From Fimbriosthenelais zetlandica (lineage: Eukaryota), in NCBI GenBank assembly GCA_977030845.1, contig OZ365110.1, positions 41,602,001 through 41,666,000 of the forward strand: a stretch of 64,000 nucleotides of DNA. Reading direction: 5' to 3'. The number at the start of each line of letters is the position of its first letter. Within the stretch, counting starts at the first letter, position 1. Shown here one piece after another: positions 26,517 to 41,722 of this stretch. Made by a program: the position numbers and the translations under genes. Under the pieces are notes generated by a model. That model did not search any database. It saw only the letters and a program-made list of their open reading frames with translations, and was not told the DNA's origin.

Positions 26517-29500
26517 GGGCTGATGTAAAAAAAGAACCTGTATATTATCAATCTCCTTGGGTGCGGCTACTAGTTCCTCCTCTGTATAGATCACAGATAT
26601 ATGTGTGTGTGCAGACTTGGTATTACCAAACAGCCGGCCACTATCTATAAGCATCCAATCCTCTTGGCCAGCCTTCCCAGCCAAAACTGCTTTGAATGGC
26701 GACCAGATTGCTCCGTTATGTCTGCCCCGCCCTGCCAACTGATGCTCTGTATATCCTCTTTATCACGGCTGATGAGCATTTCCTTGGACCACTGTTAAGT
26801 GTTTGTGTCCAATATAGAATCCACTGTCATGCTAGTTAATGGTCAATCATTGGTGTCCATTCATCCACTGTAAGCCAATCCATGCATGGCATATATAGAG
26901 AAGAGCCAGAAAGTCCATCACCCTGTTGTCCACTTTTTCCTGTCTTCCTCAGATATTCTTAGACCGAGTTCTTAAGACTTACTCCTTGGTCCCGGCAAAG
27001 TTTCGCACATTCCACAGCCCATTCATGTATCTTTTGTATATGTGTTAAGTATACCTATATTTATCCACAGTATACACAATTGGGGAAGACATTAAATACC
27101 CCCGACCGTCTCCCCCATTCACCTGTAAATACGGGGTGTTCAAACACCTGGACAAACTGTGAATCAAAGGATTAAATGTATAACAAAAGAGGCAGGGAGG
27201 GCTCTAAGCTGGTCTCAATAGCATCTCGCCGCGGTGGGTACGACATGCTGGTAGACATATGCTTGGTGTATACATGTATGTTACATCATTGCGTACACTG
27301 CTACCTGCCAAATGTTTCAAATCACAAAGTTGTGTTTCCTCAATGATCTTTCTGCTCCAATTTCTTGGTCTTGGCCTGATAGTTCCAATTAGACTGACAT
27401 ACTAGGTGATATAGAGATGTCAAAGGGACATTTGTAGGTGAAAGTTACACCTGTACAAAGTTGCAACCACGTGCTTGTTGTGGAAGGGGATAGAGGTGAA
27501 TGAGTGAAGGTATAGGGAATAGAGATGGGGGGTTCACACAGGTCGCCCTAGTTCTAAATGACATGACACTAAGTCCCCTGTGTGCACTCAAGCATAGCCA
27601 AATTTTATGATTTTATTTTTGCTTTACATACCCGATGAGACAGGTGACGGAAAAAAGGTCAAATCTCTGACGTAGGCTTTACAGTCAGCAAAACGCCCGT
27701 CGAATAAGAGGAATATTTATTTAAAGGAATTGAAAGAAATTTAACCCACATTTATAAGGAAAATCAAGTAATTCAAAGGGGGAAGGTATTCTCCTATATG
27801 TATAACTTATATTACGATTTTTTTTTTTACAGGCAAGTGTCATTGTAAATACCGTTGTAAGCATATACATATATATATATATATACCCTTGAAGCAAACA
27901 TCACTAGAGGCAATTAAGTGGCTCATAATAGAGAAGCAAAGAATAAAAGTGACGGGTATTAGGGAGGAACAACTGTGGAAGCAGACAAAATGATATGAAT
28001 AATACATAAGGCGATTCAGTGAACGATGGAGCAATGTAGGCTGCTTCATTATAGCTGCAATCATGCAATCGCAATGGCCTAGCAGAGATAGTTCCCTTTT
28101 ATCCCCGTGAATGTGATTGATAATCAAGAGCACCAAAGTTACAGGCTTTTCTATTTTATATTCATATTCCCTTCTCTCAATATTTTTCTTCCTGACAGCG
28201 TTTTTTATCTGACCAGAAGTACTTGTGCCAAGGAAATGCATACATTAGGTATAATCCCATATAAAACTGGGCTCAGGGGCACATAGGGATAGGCTGGTGG
28301 GCCGTGGTTCAATATTTGCTCACACGATGGCAGTACAAGAATAAAAAACAAATTCTGTGTTTATAAGTCCAGCAAACATGATGAAACGAGGGTAAAGTGG
28401 ATATGGAGGAGGGAGGGCAATGTTTGGTATGGGACAAGGGGAATATGACTTAATCCACTATTATATGGTGGGGCATAATAAAGACTTATTCTTTAATTTC
28501 TGTCAGATTCTCTGATGCTCAAATATCGGATTATCAGAATTTAACAGAAGAAACTAATTGAAGATATTAAAATCTAATTAAAGTACATGTAGTAAACTCA
28601 GAGCTAGCTGACCGTTTGAGTCTGACAAAGTTAGGTAAGTGAGATCGATCGATTACTGTACAAAAAACAAGACAAAGTCTGATGTTAGAACTTGTGCCTT
28701 TGAAATAAAACTATGTCCAAACATAAAGATCATAATGTTATGGTCTACAAATCATATATCTGCAAGAAAGTATCTTTCACTTGGATAAGAGATCAAATTC
28801 TGGTTGATTAAAGACTATAAGTTAAGCAGTTAAGTTTATCCACGACCATAAATAATGAAGCCTATGAACATACATAAGCTGAACGCTTTATTTTATGAGG
28901 GAGGGATATGTTTTACACCTAGTTTGAATCGTTTTTGATCCCCCTTACATCCCATGATCTCCCCACTCTGTCATCATCTCTACCCTCCCTGTTCCCATTC
29001 CCTCATGGCAGGCACGGATGCAGGTCTGGGCCATGGAGTGGGGGGTGGAGGGGTGGGGGGGGGGGGGCGGTTGGGGATGGTTGGGGAAGGACCCCCATTC
29101 TCACACATAGTGGAATATGCCCCCTTTCACATTCTTGATTTAATTATATATTATTTATTTACATTCCATTGCATTATTTATTCACTTTTTATGTATAAAA
29201 ATGATATTGAAAAACCTAAATTATGCCTTAACTATTTCAAGGAGTGAGGAACCGGGGGGGGGGGGGGTTGAAAACCCTAGGAACACCTGTCCACTGTCCA
29301 CTCCCACGACCCCTTCAACCCTCTCCTCTCGTACACCATTGACTTTAAAACCATACATATTCATACATTGAAAAATAGAAATGTGGCTCTGGTTCTTTCA
29401 TGTGTCGGAGGGGGGGGGGGGCGCAAACCCCACAGCACCTCTGGGTCAATTGTCCACTCCCCCTCCCTCCCTCCCGCCTCGTCCCTCATGGGGGTCAGCG

Positions 29501-31137
29501 TTGACGTCATGCACCCACCTCCCTATTCCCTCCGTATTCCTATACCAAGCTTTGTGCTCTCGTCTTCAGTCTGATATCCATTTATTTCCCGCTAGGCTGA
29601 CACTGCCTGTTTGTCTGATATAAGTTATGGGAATACACGCAGCAGGGGGACAGCCTTTCATCCCCTCAAATCCATCGATCTCCAGGCTTTCTCTATGCAC
29701 GGTCTTGGTGGGAGGAGGATCAACCAGGGAAGGCTGTCTCATACCCCCTGCCCACACCGTATGTGGGTTACAAGGTGTGCTAGGGCATTCACATAAACCC
29801 ATAATATAAATATTAAGACTTTGCCCATGATTGCACAAGACTGCATTGAGCTTGCATAGATAACAGTCGGTTATGCAATGGGGGTATTCTAAGCTATACC
29901 AGTCGGAACTGTTTGTTTGTTTGAAATTTCGTTGAGTCTGCATAGACGACATTCGGTTATGCAATGATGGTATTCTAAGCTATACCAATTGACTGGGTCA
30001 GTCAAATATGCCTAAAATGTAAATTTTAAAGTTCATATCTGAGGCCCAGAATCCTAGAACAGAAGGCCCTATACAGTAAGGGAAAGGTATTTATAAGCGG
30101 TATCTAATAGTGGGGATTCCTATGCTTCCTTTTGAAGCACTCCTCTGTCTTATATGTTGGTATGAGTATACAGGTATGTTGCCATGGGGTCACCTTGTCG
30201 TGCTATTATAGTATAGACCGTGTGGGTTTATTGATGACTGGTGTCTGGATGGCTTTAATCTTACAATGACGATTACCGTAACTGATTTTACCTTCATCAG
30301 TCTCTCTCTAGTGGCTATCAGATCGAGGGGACATTGCAATTAATCGCTGGGGGTATTCCCTCAAAAAGAGACTTTCCCAGTTTTACACTTTCTCCATTTC
30401 ACCGTCGAGTATATTCATTCTATATATTTCAGACTTTCCCATCTCAAATCACCAGCACAGGTGAAGTTGCTGTTTATCATATTAATATAGTCACACTTTC
30501 AGCCTGGCCAGCTGCTGTAGATTAATATGGATCGTGACATATATATGGGTTGTGAACTTCAGACGATTAATCATAGCCATGAATCTAAATTGCAAGAGCA
30601 AGTAAAATATAACTTTAAAATGCATGTAGTACTAAGCCAGACAAAAGTCTGGACTCCACTGCTGCGATTTTGCTTGCGACACTGCTGCGACAAAGGTGAT
30701 GCTTGTGCCGTAACGAAAAATGTACCAGTGGAAAACGGCCTTAAAGCCTTTCATCCTTCATATTCCAAGTCGGATCTGCTCTGGTGTATAATTATAAAGC
30801 CAAACCAAAACAGGCCAGAGAAGATCATGGCCAGCTGACGGAAATATTCCCAGAGTATTCGTGACCTTACTATTGGCTTCATTTTTCCAGGTAACACGAC
30901 ATAAATTGATCGGCTGCCATGGATATCAATGATGAATGGGTCTCATTTATCACTTAGATCTATATAAAATAAAAGAAGCCGTCATCCGCTGAGATAAACA
31001 GGAAATATTCTTTATGCACAATAACGGGCAATAGTGCTTATACTTATATTAGTAGGCCTATACTAGGCTAAGTTTTAATGACCCCACAAGTCTATCTTTC
31101 ATAACTTCATAATGTTTTAGTAGGTGGGGGAATGTTA

Positions 31138-31250
31138 AAGTGACACTATCACTGACCTGTTATCAGTGTTAAACTTCATTTACACTTAGATTTTCGCTTC
31201 GGCATTGGATGGGAGGGAAAATCTGGGTAATCAGTCGAGGTCGTGCAAAT
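31138..31250 (+). mobile_element. Truncated copy of the same Kolobok-like MITE family; similar left ends at about 3427 and 36616, internal piece at 35930-36065
   Basis: TTAAAGTGACACTATCAC left end. The internal ggcattgg..gggaaaatctggg.aatca motif is shared with 36028-36060. Confidence 0.4.
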
Positions 31251-34200
31251 TTCGAGTCATACCGTAAAATTCTACCAATATTAAGAGATATTTACTTTCT
31301 GAAATCAGCTTCAAATTAGGCAATAATAAAAAAATATTGGTCACTCAGAACAAGGGAATCAGTTGGTATCTTCTTGGTTTGTCCACCATTTCTGACGTAG
31401 AATAATCAAACCTTAGTTCCACCATAAGGACAATGCTTTCCATTAGTGATATGAACTTACATATGTATCCCTTAAACTTTGGCCTCCAGAGGAGTGGGTA
31501 CAAAACAGGGAGACATAGTGAACACATAATAGAGGTAGAGACTAGATGGGCAGGGGAATAGCGTTCTTCTAGTCCTGATGAATTGTAATGGTTGGAGAAT
31601 ATGGGTCCTTGCCGTGCCTGTGAAGGACCCAGCTTCCATAAATGGGTCTATTTCCTCATGCCCTCTACCTATAAACAAGACACTAACAAAGGGATCAGGC
31701 CCGGGCTCATGTCTTCAAAAAATGATAGGATAGGATAAGGACAGTGTCTGAGGATAAAGGAGGATTTAGTAAGTGGGGACTGCTTGAGGCAGCTCTAGTG
31801 CGTGGGATGTTCTCCCCTTGACTGTTAGGACACCTTAAAAAGTTACTGGAAGGTCATCTAACTTCCTACTAAAGTTTCTTCCCAAAAAGTGATGACCCTC
31901 TTCTTTAGGAAACCACCTGTGTAAAGCGATCACTTTCATTGGGTCCGAAGGATGTTCGCGTTATAGATGTTTTACAGTAGTATAATATCCTACTTCTCGA
32001 GGTATTTGGGAACACAGTCGGTTTGAATGTGGGAGGCCTTATGGGTTCACTTTCCCCTGCAGCCTCCAGAATTCAATTGCCACTGCACTTTTCTCCCCAG
32101 TGCTGCTATAGCTGGGTAATCAAAGGCCAGTCATGCCTCCCACTGTTTGTATATTACGGTGAGAGGCATGCTAAAAACAACCATTGCTTCCAATACAGGC
32201 AATTAGAGATAGCCAAAATCGATTGCCCTGCCACCTAGTGTAGGAAGAAAAACGTCCATTTGTAGACATGGCAACTTCCGGTTAATGTGTATTGCCAGTG
32301 TAGGTTGGAAGTGGGAAATACACAAACGGTTCACAGAAAACTGTTTCCAAAAGGTGTATAATGTCCCCTTTACATTCAGCTCTTTTCAAAGTACTTACAC
32401 AGGGAAGTCCTTAAACAATTCTATATATCACTTTCCTTGTGCACCCAACATAATGTAGCCCCATACACTTTGACTGGTGAGAAACAGGAAGCGGAAATAT
32501 AGGTGACTACATGGCCTATAGCTGATGGTGGTGCCACTGATAATGACTGGTTTTAAGGGGGGAAACTCTTATTGCTATCAGTAATTGCCTCTATTGAAAA
32601 GACCATGCATAGTGCCGGCAGTGTGTTTCCTCTTTAACTCACTATGATAATGGGTGTTGTAGTAACGGTCAACCTAAGGCAGCATTTCTGTTCAATCTAT
32701 TGCTTTACATTATCCCATCTTGCCCAACCCTTTGAAATTCTATTTGCTCAACATTTAGAATATAACTGTTCAAGCGACAGTCGAAAAAGAGAATTGAGTA
32801 GCTTAGAACAGATAAGAGGAAGGCTGGGTGGCATCGTTAGCAGCTTATTGAAGGATCCCAGCTTTAGCTACTGGCAATGACCTTGTGCAGGGTGACAAGG
32901 AGATGGTATCTATCCCCCCGACACACGCCCCGCCCCACCACCACACTAGCTGATCACCATATCCTACCCCACCACCCTACCCCTGCACAGGCAGTGCCAA
33001 TCTTCCCCTAACGGCCCCCAGATCAACCTCGGCAGAGTATGGAAAGAGAAAGTCGAAGGTGAAGTCATTATTTATACCCATGGGTGAGTTTTTACTCACT
33101 TTCTTTTTTTACGTGACCTCTCCTGCAAGCACTGAGAGATTAATGGGAGAAAATGGTCCGAGGAGGACGAAGTAATGATTTAAAAAAGTATAATCCAAGA
33201 ACTCTGAGAATGTCTATATGAGGAAGAATGGTCTGAGCATGCGCAGAGCACATCTCATTTAAATAAACTATCAATATTCCTTGACACACATTCTACCTTT
33301 GATATTGAACATACATTGTAATATGGGTATCAATTTTTTTACCGGTAATCTTGAATATTTTAGGTATATTGGTCAAAAGATTTCGATTTAACTGAGGAAT
33401 TTCCTGGTTGTCATTCTCCACCCAGTGTTACTAAAAGAAACCGTTAATTGCTGCGATTCGAGAAGGCCTATGTGTGCCACCAGCAAAGTGTCCTTTTGAA
33501 CTTCAAAAAAATATAAACAATCATACTAAAGATTCCCAGGGAAAGGAGGGTGAATGGTTCTTCGTGCAAAGATACCTTCTTTATACAGATCAAGCCTGGC
33601 TTGACACAGGTATACTAAGGCTAGCAAAACAGGAGGGGAGGGGTGGGGGAGACATAGGAGATTGGGGGGGGGGGGAGGGCCGAGTGATTGTGATGTTAGA
33701 AGCTTATGAGGAACTATGACACATCTGAGGCAAGTAAGGACACCACAGGGGAAAAGTGACGCATCAGTATCAATTATAATAAGAAGTGGCGGGGAGGATG
33801 GGGTTCATGGGAGGTGGGAACCCTTGCCAGTGTATCCCTCCATTCTAGAAGCTTCTTAATGTGTGATTAGACCCATTAAGGACTTGATTACAATTAAATT
33901 TGGCAGGCTGCCCAGTTTAGCATTGACCTTGCCGGGGACGGGGTAGTACTCTACTACAAAGTACCCTCTCTATTAATCAGTCTCTTCTCAGGCTTCCAAT
34001 CAACAAGATCTACCACCTTAAAAATTAAATAGATTTGGCACCGAAAAAGCCAAAGGCTTGGATTTTAAATTGCACTTGGTCTCAGTGAAGGATGTTTCAA
34101 TAGAAACTACTCTAAGGTAATTAGTGTGGGTATACTTCCTTGTCTTTGTGGGCAAGACTCCTTCTCCCGGGTATGTTTAATTATGGGAGGAAGAAAGCAG

Positions 34201-37200
34201 TCAAGCAAGAGAAGTGCAGTAGGCATAATACGTGCAAAAAATGCAGGTATTTCAGTACAAGTAACTGAAATTTGCTGCATTTTGCATATTGGTATGGCTA
34301 AAAGTGGAAGAACCTTTGCCTGAGAGAAGAAACGTGCCCCATCAATATTATCAAGTGAAAGGAAAGCAAAGATGTGCTTAGCAGGCTTATTTAATACCTG
34401 TCATATTGGAAAACAAAGACATCAATTCCTGCTTGAGGGGATTCGTTCCTTTATTTTGAGCAGATATTCCATGTTATAATGGATCTCAGTACTTGTGAAG
34501 GATCTAAGTGAAAGAATCTGTTACGATCGCTTGTTTTGCAGAAATTTCAGCTCCCGTTGATGAAAATAATATATCCATTGAAAACAGAAATCGGTCGATA
34601 GGCTTTATATATGGTTTGGTTCATGACATGTTTAAAGTCCATTTTTAATATAATTTCTTGAGTATCATCCACCCCAGCAAAAAGATCTATCTTGTAACAG
34701 AAAAGTTTCTGAAAAGAAAAATTCTCACGCCAGATGCTCAGGTGGACATGTAGCAAGAAGACCTGCGCAGTAACATCTGTCAAAACAGGTTCTTTTAAAT
34801 TAGCTTTACTAATTCCTGGAGCGGATTATGAAAGGCCAGTTGTAGATAATTAGGCTCAAGGCCCTGGATCTCCATGGTCAGGTCTCATAGGATCTACCTG
34901 AATAACGGGACTAGATAAGGATGTCTGGATATAGGGATCAACAGGGATCCCGGATTTTGAAAGTGGGAGGGCGGGCGGACTTGGGGGTGGGGGGGTGGGT
35001 AGGAGGTCAGCCCACAGTGGAAAAGCAAAGTCATGACCATTGTCAACAAAATCGTGATAATTGTCAACAATGGCCATCACAACAGAAACTTTCAAGAATA
35101 GGTGACTGGGGCATTAGAGCAAAAATTAAAACACTTCAAATACTGTATGCTTCCATGCCTTTGTCCATTGATACTTGCAAAATGGCCTTGCAGGCCTTGC
35201 CAAATCAGCTTGAAGCATTTACTCATTTTCTATGATACCAATTGTCCATAGAATGGAAGTAGTTTGAAAGTTCATTCATTGTTAGGAGATAGAGTCTGGC
35301 GATGATTAAGATTTATATATAGTATGACTGTGCACTTGAACCAGTCGTGGACGTTTACAATCTAGCTATTGTTAGGAACGTTGTATTAAGCTATCACAGT
35401 GCCCAGTCCCACTGTAGCCACAGACGCCATGGCACCAATTGGCAGGCCAAAGCCGTGGTCAGGAAAAAAGCTTTTCAATAAGCCTCTCAGAAGCTTGGAT
35501 TGATGAATGCATTGGAGGACTATAGGAGCCTGGGTCATGGTGGTATACAATTTCCTGGTTCCGCTGAGATGGTGGGATGACGCCGCCCTCAGCCCTACTG
35601 GTTATTCCCAGCCCTGAGGTCGAACTGCACCCAAGCTTAAACGTCCCTTTCTTTATATATTCCTCCAATGGAAATCATTAAACGAACCGGACTTGGTAAG
35701 GGAAATGGATGGCGCGACTGGGCAAGTCATTGTTTTGGGTCAAGTATGGGGAGTGGACAAGCACAATTGTAAAGGATATAAAGAGGAATTGGCCAGTCTT
35801 ATAGTCAGCGATTGTGCAGTCATCAAGTGCAGTATTGATGACCAGACAACATTACTCAATAATGTTGCGGCACTTTTCGTAAGATTCGAGGGAAATATTA
35901 TGCAACACTAATTATAGGCAACGCTGAGCTATCACGTGATCAGTGATGATGAGTGTCGAACTTTCCACTTAGGGTCAATCTCTCAGTTTGACGAACATTA
36001 TTAAATTTTGTTCTTTGATCTAGGTTGGGCATTGGCTGGGAAAATCTGGGAAATCATCTAAGGTCTTACAACGTTCCTGTCGCCTTAATACGATGCTGTC
36101 TGAAGAGCCACATTAAATCTGGACACATTTAGATCTTCTCTGACCTAAATCCCCGGAAACCCCACAGATCTCGCTACACTTGGATGTGAATCCAGCTTAG
36201 AAACCTATATTATTACATGTAATTATTACGATCACTTCTGATGGATAGTAATTAATGATCAATTTGGCATTACACAGGGAATTCCTCTATAGACGTCGTA
36301 AAAATATATTCCCAAGTGATTTTCACTAAACAACTAAAATTTGTTTACGAGATCAGAAGATTCTAGTAGGCAGGCGATTTCGTTTTCAATATGGTGTAGA
36401 CATTTCAAGCCTCTTTCGATTCATTTAATACAACAGAATTAATCTTGAATAAGTGCAAAGTGCCCTTCAGCTGTTCATACATCTCTCCCCATCCAAGGTT
36501 TCATTTTCTTTTACCTAATTAATTACATTTTCCCATCACCCACTTCCAAGATTGGTTGCCTTCACTTTGGCATTGATAAGGTTTCTTAATCCATGTCCCT
36601 CTTGTTGGACTTTAAAGCACCGCTATCACTATTTTGTGGAAAGCTTTAACATCAGTACTTTGGGAACAATCTATGTCAGTTTGACCTAGATTTGCTTTTT
36701 GACCCAGATCCGAGATCAGGTATTGGCTGGAACGATCTATGCTTCATAAGGTTGCAATTATGAATAGATCATTTACAATCCCAAGTGATGAGCCCTATAT
36801 CAATTGGGTCTTGCCATGGTAGACTTGTTCCACAGAAACAGTAACGGTTTGACTTTAATAATAGGGTATATGAACCTATAACATCAACAACCCTGTTTCT
36901 CCTCCACCCAATGCAGCAGTTCTACACCCTTAAGCCATACTGTCTTAAGATGGGATCCCATTTATATTAAACCCAAGACATAAAATAGGATTAGAGTACG
37001 CAAAAATGGCTCTGGTCAATGTATTTGGATCTGTTGTAAATAGTTGTATATAATTATAATACCCTTTTCATCATCCTTGATCCTTTTATCATCATTTCGA
37101 ATTTAAAAGCTTTGACCCGAACTCATGCTTCCATAAAAATGTTCAGTTGTGCATGTCACAACACTAAAATTATAAGCTTGTTTGGCTTCAGATTCCCAAA

Positions 37201-37604
37201 TAGATCTCCCTATAGCTGTCTTCTCGTCTTCGGGGGTCGGTTGACTGTTTACTACGTTTCACAACATTCACTGTTATTATGGAAAAAGATATATTATGGA
37301 AAGTGGCTTATATGGAAAAGACTTAATAGCAATTTCCAGGCACGGCCATCTCCTCTCGTAAAGAACGATAGAGAAAATGGAAGCCGCGGCGGCTGGCATT
37401 TCATCCTCTGATAGTTGTTATTAACTGGACATGGACCCAATATTAAATGAAGACTTCATAAAGAGGGACCTTCACAAGTAGTGTCTTCTTGGATCCTCTT
37501 TCAGCCATCTAAATAACACAAGTCCAAAGAATAATGTGGAAACCAAGGGAGCAATGTTGTAATTTGTTGTGTGATATTCTTGGACATTATTACACTGCAG
37601 ACTA

Positions 37605-37686
37605 GTGACGTGCAACCAACATCTGTATTCCATGACGACGTGTAACCAACGTCACTATTCTCTGACGTCGTGCAACCAACGTCATC
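37605..37686. repeat. About 30-bp degenerate tandem repeat x3
   Basis: gacgtgcaaccaacatc / gacgtgtaaccaacgtc / gtcgtgcaaccaacgtc at about 30-bp period. Confidence 0.8.
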
Positions 37687-39319
37687 ATCCAGTGAAGGAT
37701 CCCTACTTAAAGGAGCTTGATACCAAGATTAAGACAGTATTAGACTATACTTTCGAAATTAACCCACAAGGAAATTGGCGACATTAGGTCTCTCTTTAAT
37801 GTAGTTCTCTAAGGGGCAAACCGAGAAGAATTTAATAACTTTTATGAAGTAAAGAAACGAAGAGAAATGTTAAGGGGAGGAGAAATGACCAGAAAATAAC
37901 TTATAACTATGCCGGTACATACAGTAATTCATTGTCTCTTTTTATTGTTATACATACATTTCCCCTATTACACCTTGCTGGTTTACTCGAGGCTTAAGCA
38001 TGTTATTACAACGGGGAGATTGTATGTTGGAGATTCAGTAAAATATTGTTTATTCTTTTACTCTATCTACTCCTTTATCCATCTATTATATAGTGGACCC
38101 CTATCACCGTGTCACTGCCAATAGTCCAAGCACTTTTCCTGAAATTGACCTCTTTGCCCTGGAGGTCCATGTACTATTTCATTGAGAGCCGGGCATATGA
38201 CTGGTATTATGGTCATTTGAGAGTGGTCTAAGGGCCTTTTAGGCTACAGACTTCCTTGGCAGCCATGATGGGATCAAATGAGAGGAAGTTAACCCCCCTT
38301 CCAGCACCATGCCACTGGCCTCCATTTCAAGGCAGTCATTCCCATCCATCCATCTTTATTCCCTAAAAAGTATCCATTAATGCTTGTTTTGAGCAGTGAT
38401 TACGTCAGGAATTTGGGGTCAGGTTGATTGATAAGAGACTTGGATAACTAACCTGAGATTAAATCTATAGTGCTGAAAAATATGACAGGCTATTACTGAT
38501 AGAGACCTGTTATAAGGCTAGCTAATGTTATTGGATAGGACCACAAAAAGTTCCTTTCATATGGGCCGCTACGTCTGGCTTCTTTTTTCTCCAGGAGTAA
38601 GCTATTAATTCGGAAGGCCTGATAACCATGTTAGCCGACAATTCAATTTCCATTTTCAATTTCTCTACCAAGAGGGAAGTTGGTATTTTTTTAATTCCTG
38701 GCTGCTGTTAAAAGGCAATCCTTTCAAAGTATCGGCAAAGAAGTGGGGATTTTGAATGGAGACTGATCCACTGAAGTATAGTTCTTATAGTCTAATATAG
38801 TGGGGGTCTAAGTAGTTGTTAATTCATTACTTAATTGTCATCTAAGAACCTCATCTAGGGCCGCAAAAGGTATGAGATGTGGATAGATCTTGTAAGGGAA
38901 ATGGGGAAAATGAATGAATGGGGGAAATACACAATCCTGAATGAGATGGTTCAATCCATCATAATTATTGCGGATATTGTCAATCTTTTTCAAAGTTTCA
39001 CTGCTGTTCTCACTTCTGTCAACAACTATCAGGGGCCTCATTCAGATGAAACACATCAGGCCCATGCATTGTATGACCAACTGCATAAGCCTATACCCAA
39101 TGGTCCACAGTTCGCTGTGCAAAGAATATTGCTTAAATGCAGGAGCTAATCAATTGCTACTGTAAATTTCAGTTTTTTTAAAATTAGTTCATAATTATTG
39201 AGACGTCAATTTTTTAAGGACCTAATCTGGCCAACTTCACACTTATGTTGGATGCTTTTACATGTGATGTGTAAAACAATGTGGCCAATCATGCCATATT
39301 TCTTCCGGAATTGACTTAC

Positions 39320-39420
39320 CACAAACTTCCAATCCTTCGACAGAGCGATTAAAAAGACAACTCACCTGCAATGAAAAAGAAAACGAATTCAAACAGAGTG
39401 GACATTAAAACATTTCAACC
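39320..39420 (-). promoter_or_regulatory. Putative recursive splice site with a 46-nt cryptic exon
   Basis: Minus strand: ttttaatgtccactctgtttgaattcgttttctttttcattgcag|GTGAGTtgtc...ggaagtttgtg|GTAAGT. No AG for about 50 nt upstream; cryptic exon 39365-39320. Confidence 0.65.
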
Positions 39421-41682
39421 CTGAAGCATAGCAATGAGAACACAATTTCAAGCTTGAAACCACTAATGGCCTATTTAGAAAGGGGGATTACAACAGCACA
39501 GCAGTTATAACTGACGACGAAGATGAAGCCCACAAGACAAGGAGCTCATTATGAAGATTGTATTGATCCTCTGGTGAGTTCAGGGGCCCATCAATTAACA
39601 TCTCGCTTTAAACCATAAACACATTATAATGACAACTATTTCGAGTAATGCATCAATGGCGTACTGAGGGGTGAAATCGTGGCTCAGGCGGTCTACCTAA
39701 CTGAAAGCATGAAATCCCAGGGTCAATTGCCAAGCATTCCCTGCATGTATAAACTTGCCCTTCTCCACCCATGCAGCGCATCTAACTGAGATTTCATATC
39801 TGGGCCATGCGTCGTACTGTCTGTGACGAGAGGCGTGTTAGTAAAAGACCCATTTCTGCCAATGGACACGAGACTCAAGAATATGTACAAGAGACTCAAG
39901 AGTGGACGATTGTGTGCCGACAGTGAGTTCCGCGCCTGTCCTGAGATTGAAAAATTGACGACAATATATTTTCTGTGCATCTTGAGACTACTGACTGGAC
40001 ATTAAACACTATTGAATTCACCGATTAAATACTGATCTATGGTGTATCTGACCGCAATGTGACAAACAGTATAGAGTAGATCACGATGCCCCTAGGTACG
40101 ACCAATAAGGTCAGATAGGTACTACGTTACTGGTCAAGCGACACTGGATAGCCATTAGACCCTGGATGACCGGTGTTAAGAAAGTCTGTGCAAGTCATTC
40201 GGGCCCAGTCGATCGTTATATCCATTCTGGACTCTTATCGATCAGTGGAAATGGCAGAGGGGCGCACTTGAAGTATGTTGCTGGCTTATCTTAACTATCT
40301 CCTAAAAGGTAGTAGTAAGGGATACATTTTTCAACATGCATTTTAATCTCCCTTCAGTTTATAATTGAAGAAATAGATGTTTAACTTTGGAGAATTTATT
40401 AAGTTTTATATTAGGCTGCTGATGTCAGTATAATAACAGTTTCTCACAGGAAAATAGTTTTTTACCGAGATAGTATCGCATACGTAAGGCCTTCAATATA
40501 GTGGACACTAATAATACTTTTCTCCTCGCCTTGGCCATCGTATAGATTCCCAGTGGATTATTTCTTTCGATAACCATTGAACAATTCAGCCATGTTTCCT
40601 ATATAAACAACCCACAAATGGATTCTGGCCTTACAGACTTGGACTCTCTATTATAAGAATAACCGACGTCTAGGTGCCCTAGGCCACATTGTATCCACAT
40701 ATAATTCCAGTCCCTTATTTCTTCTATATTGATTTCCACACAGGACTGTTTATATAAATATGAAGGGAATAAAGGCAGTTCCACAGAAGAGGGAAGCGAT
40801 TGAGGCCAAAAGTTTAGAGCAAAAAAAGAAAAGATTCATAAATTTCCATATAAAAGGATAATCAGTATAGTTAACAAATACCTTAATACAATATTTAATG
40901 TAATACAAAATACAACTATATTTACCGAGTGTCCAAATTCAAATTCCACCCATGCATGCAGTGTTGGTAACTGGGATATGGTAACAAAATCGGGAACAAA
41001 ATGTGTTGAACATATTAAATAATTCAATATTCAATCATTTTGCCATAAGTCATTTCTTTCTTTATTCCAAATGTAAGAAGGGGTTCATTAAACAATTGAT
41101 GAAAACCGACAATTGACCGACAAATTTTTTTAAAAAAATCACTCGCTCCTGATGTATACATGTACATGTGGATCTGACTTAAGAGGGATATTTTGGCACT
41201 GTCTTCAAGAAGCAAAGACTGATTATGTGTTAGACAGACATGGGGAAAGAACCAGCCAAAATGCAGTCTCCCTTGTCCACAGCCCAGTGATCAACAGACT
41301 GGTCAATGTGAACGATCCCTTCATCCAATTAGTTAGATGCGAGAAAGCTAAGTGCATTTCGCCTTGACAGTCAGCCTTTAAGTGAGGCTAGAGTTGATGG
41401 ATGCCGGAATACACTAGTCAGAAGGGATGAAAAACAATTGGTCTATTTAACAATTCACGCCCGGATAGAGAGACGTATTGACTATAAGATCTGGGCTGGA
41501 ATGAGGTATCGTATAATTAAAACCCCGATAAGGCAGCGTTAGAAAAGAATGTCCATCTTGATTGATTATAACCTACATATTGCTAACGTTACTCCCCATC
41601 AGTTCTCTTTTCCATATCAACTATACAGAAACTACATGTACAGCGCAGGAGAAGGGGATGGATGAGAATTTCACACTGAATA

Positions 41683-41722
41683 TTTATAATCAACCTTGAT
41701 AATTATAATCAACCTTGATAAA
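41683..41722. repeat. 19-bp tandem duplication
   Basis: ttataatcaaccttgataa x2. Confidence 0.85.

Noticed and set aside
27110-27150. Minus-strand ...tatttacag|GTGAAT; also tttttcag|GTATAA at about 48228 and ctcag|GTTAGT at about 38452
   Set aside because: Weak regenerated donors or weak tracts, and no downstream GTAAG at 40-60 nt.
29868-29988. Two copies of about 33 bp (gttatgcaatg..ggtattctaagctatacca) separated by about 50 bp
   Set aside because: Only two copies, so it is a local duplication and not an array.
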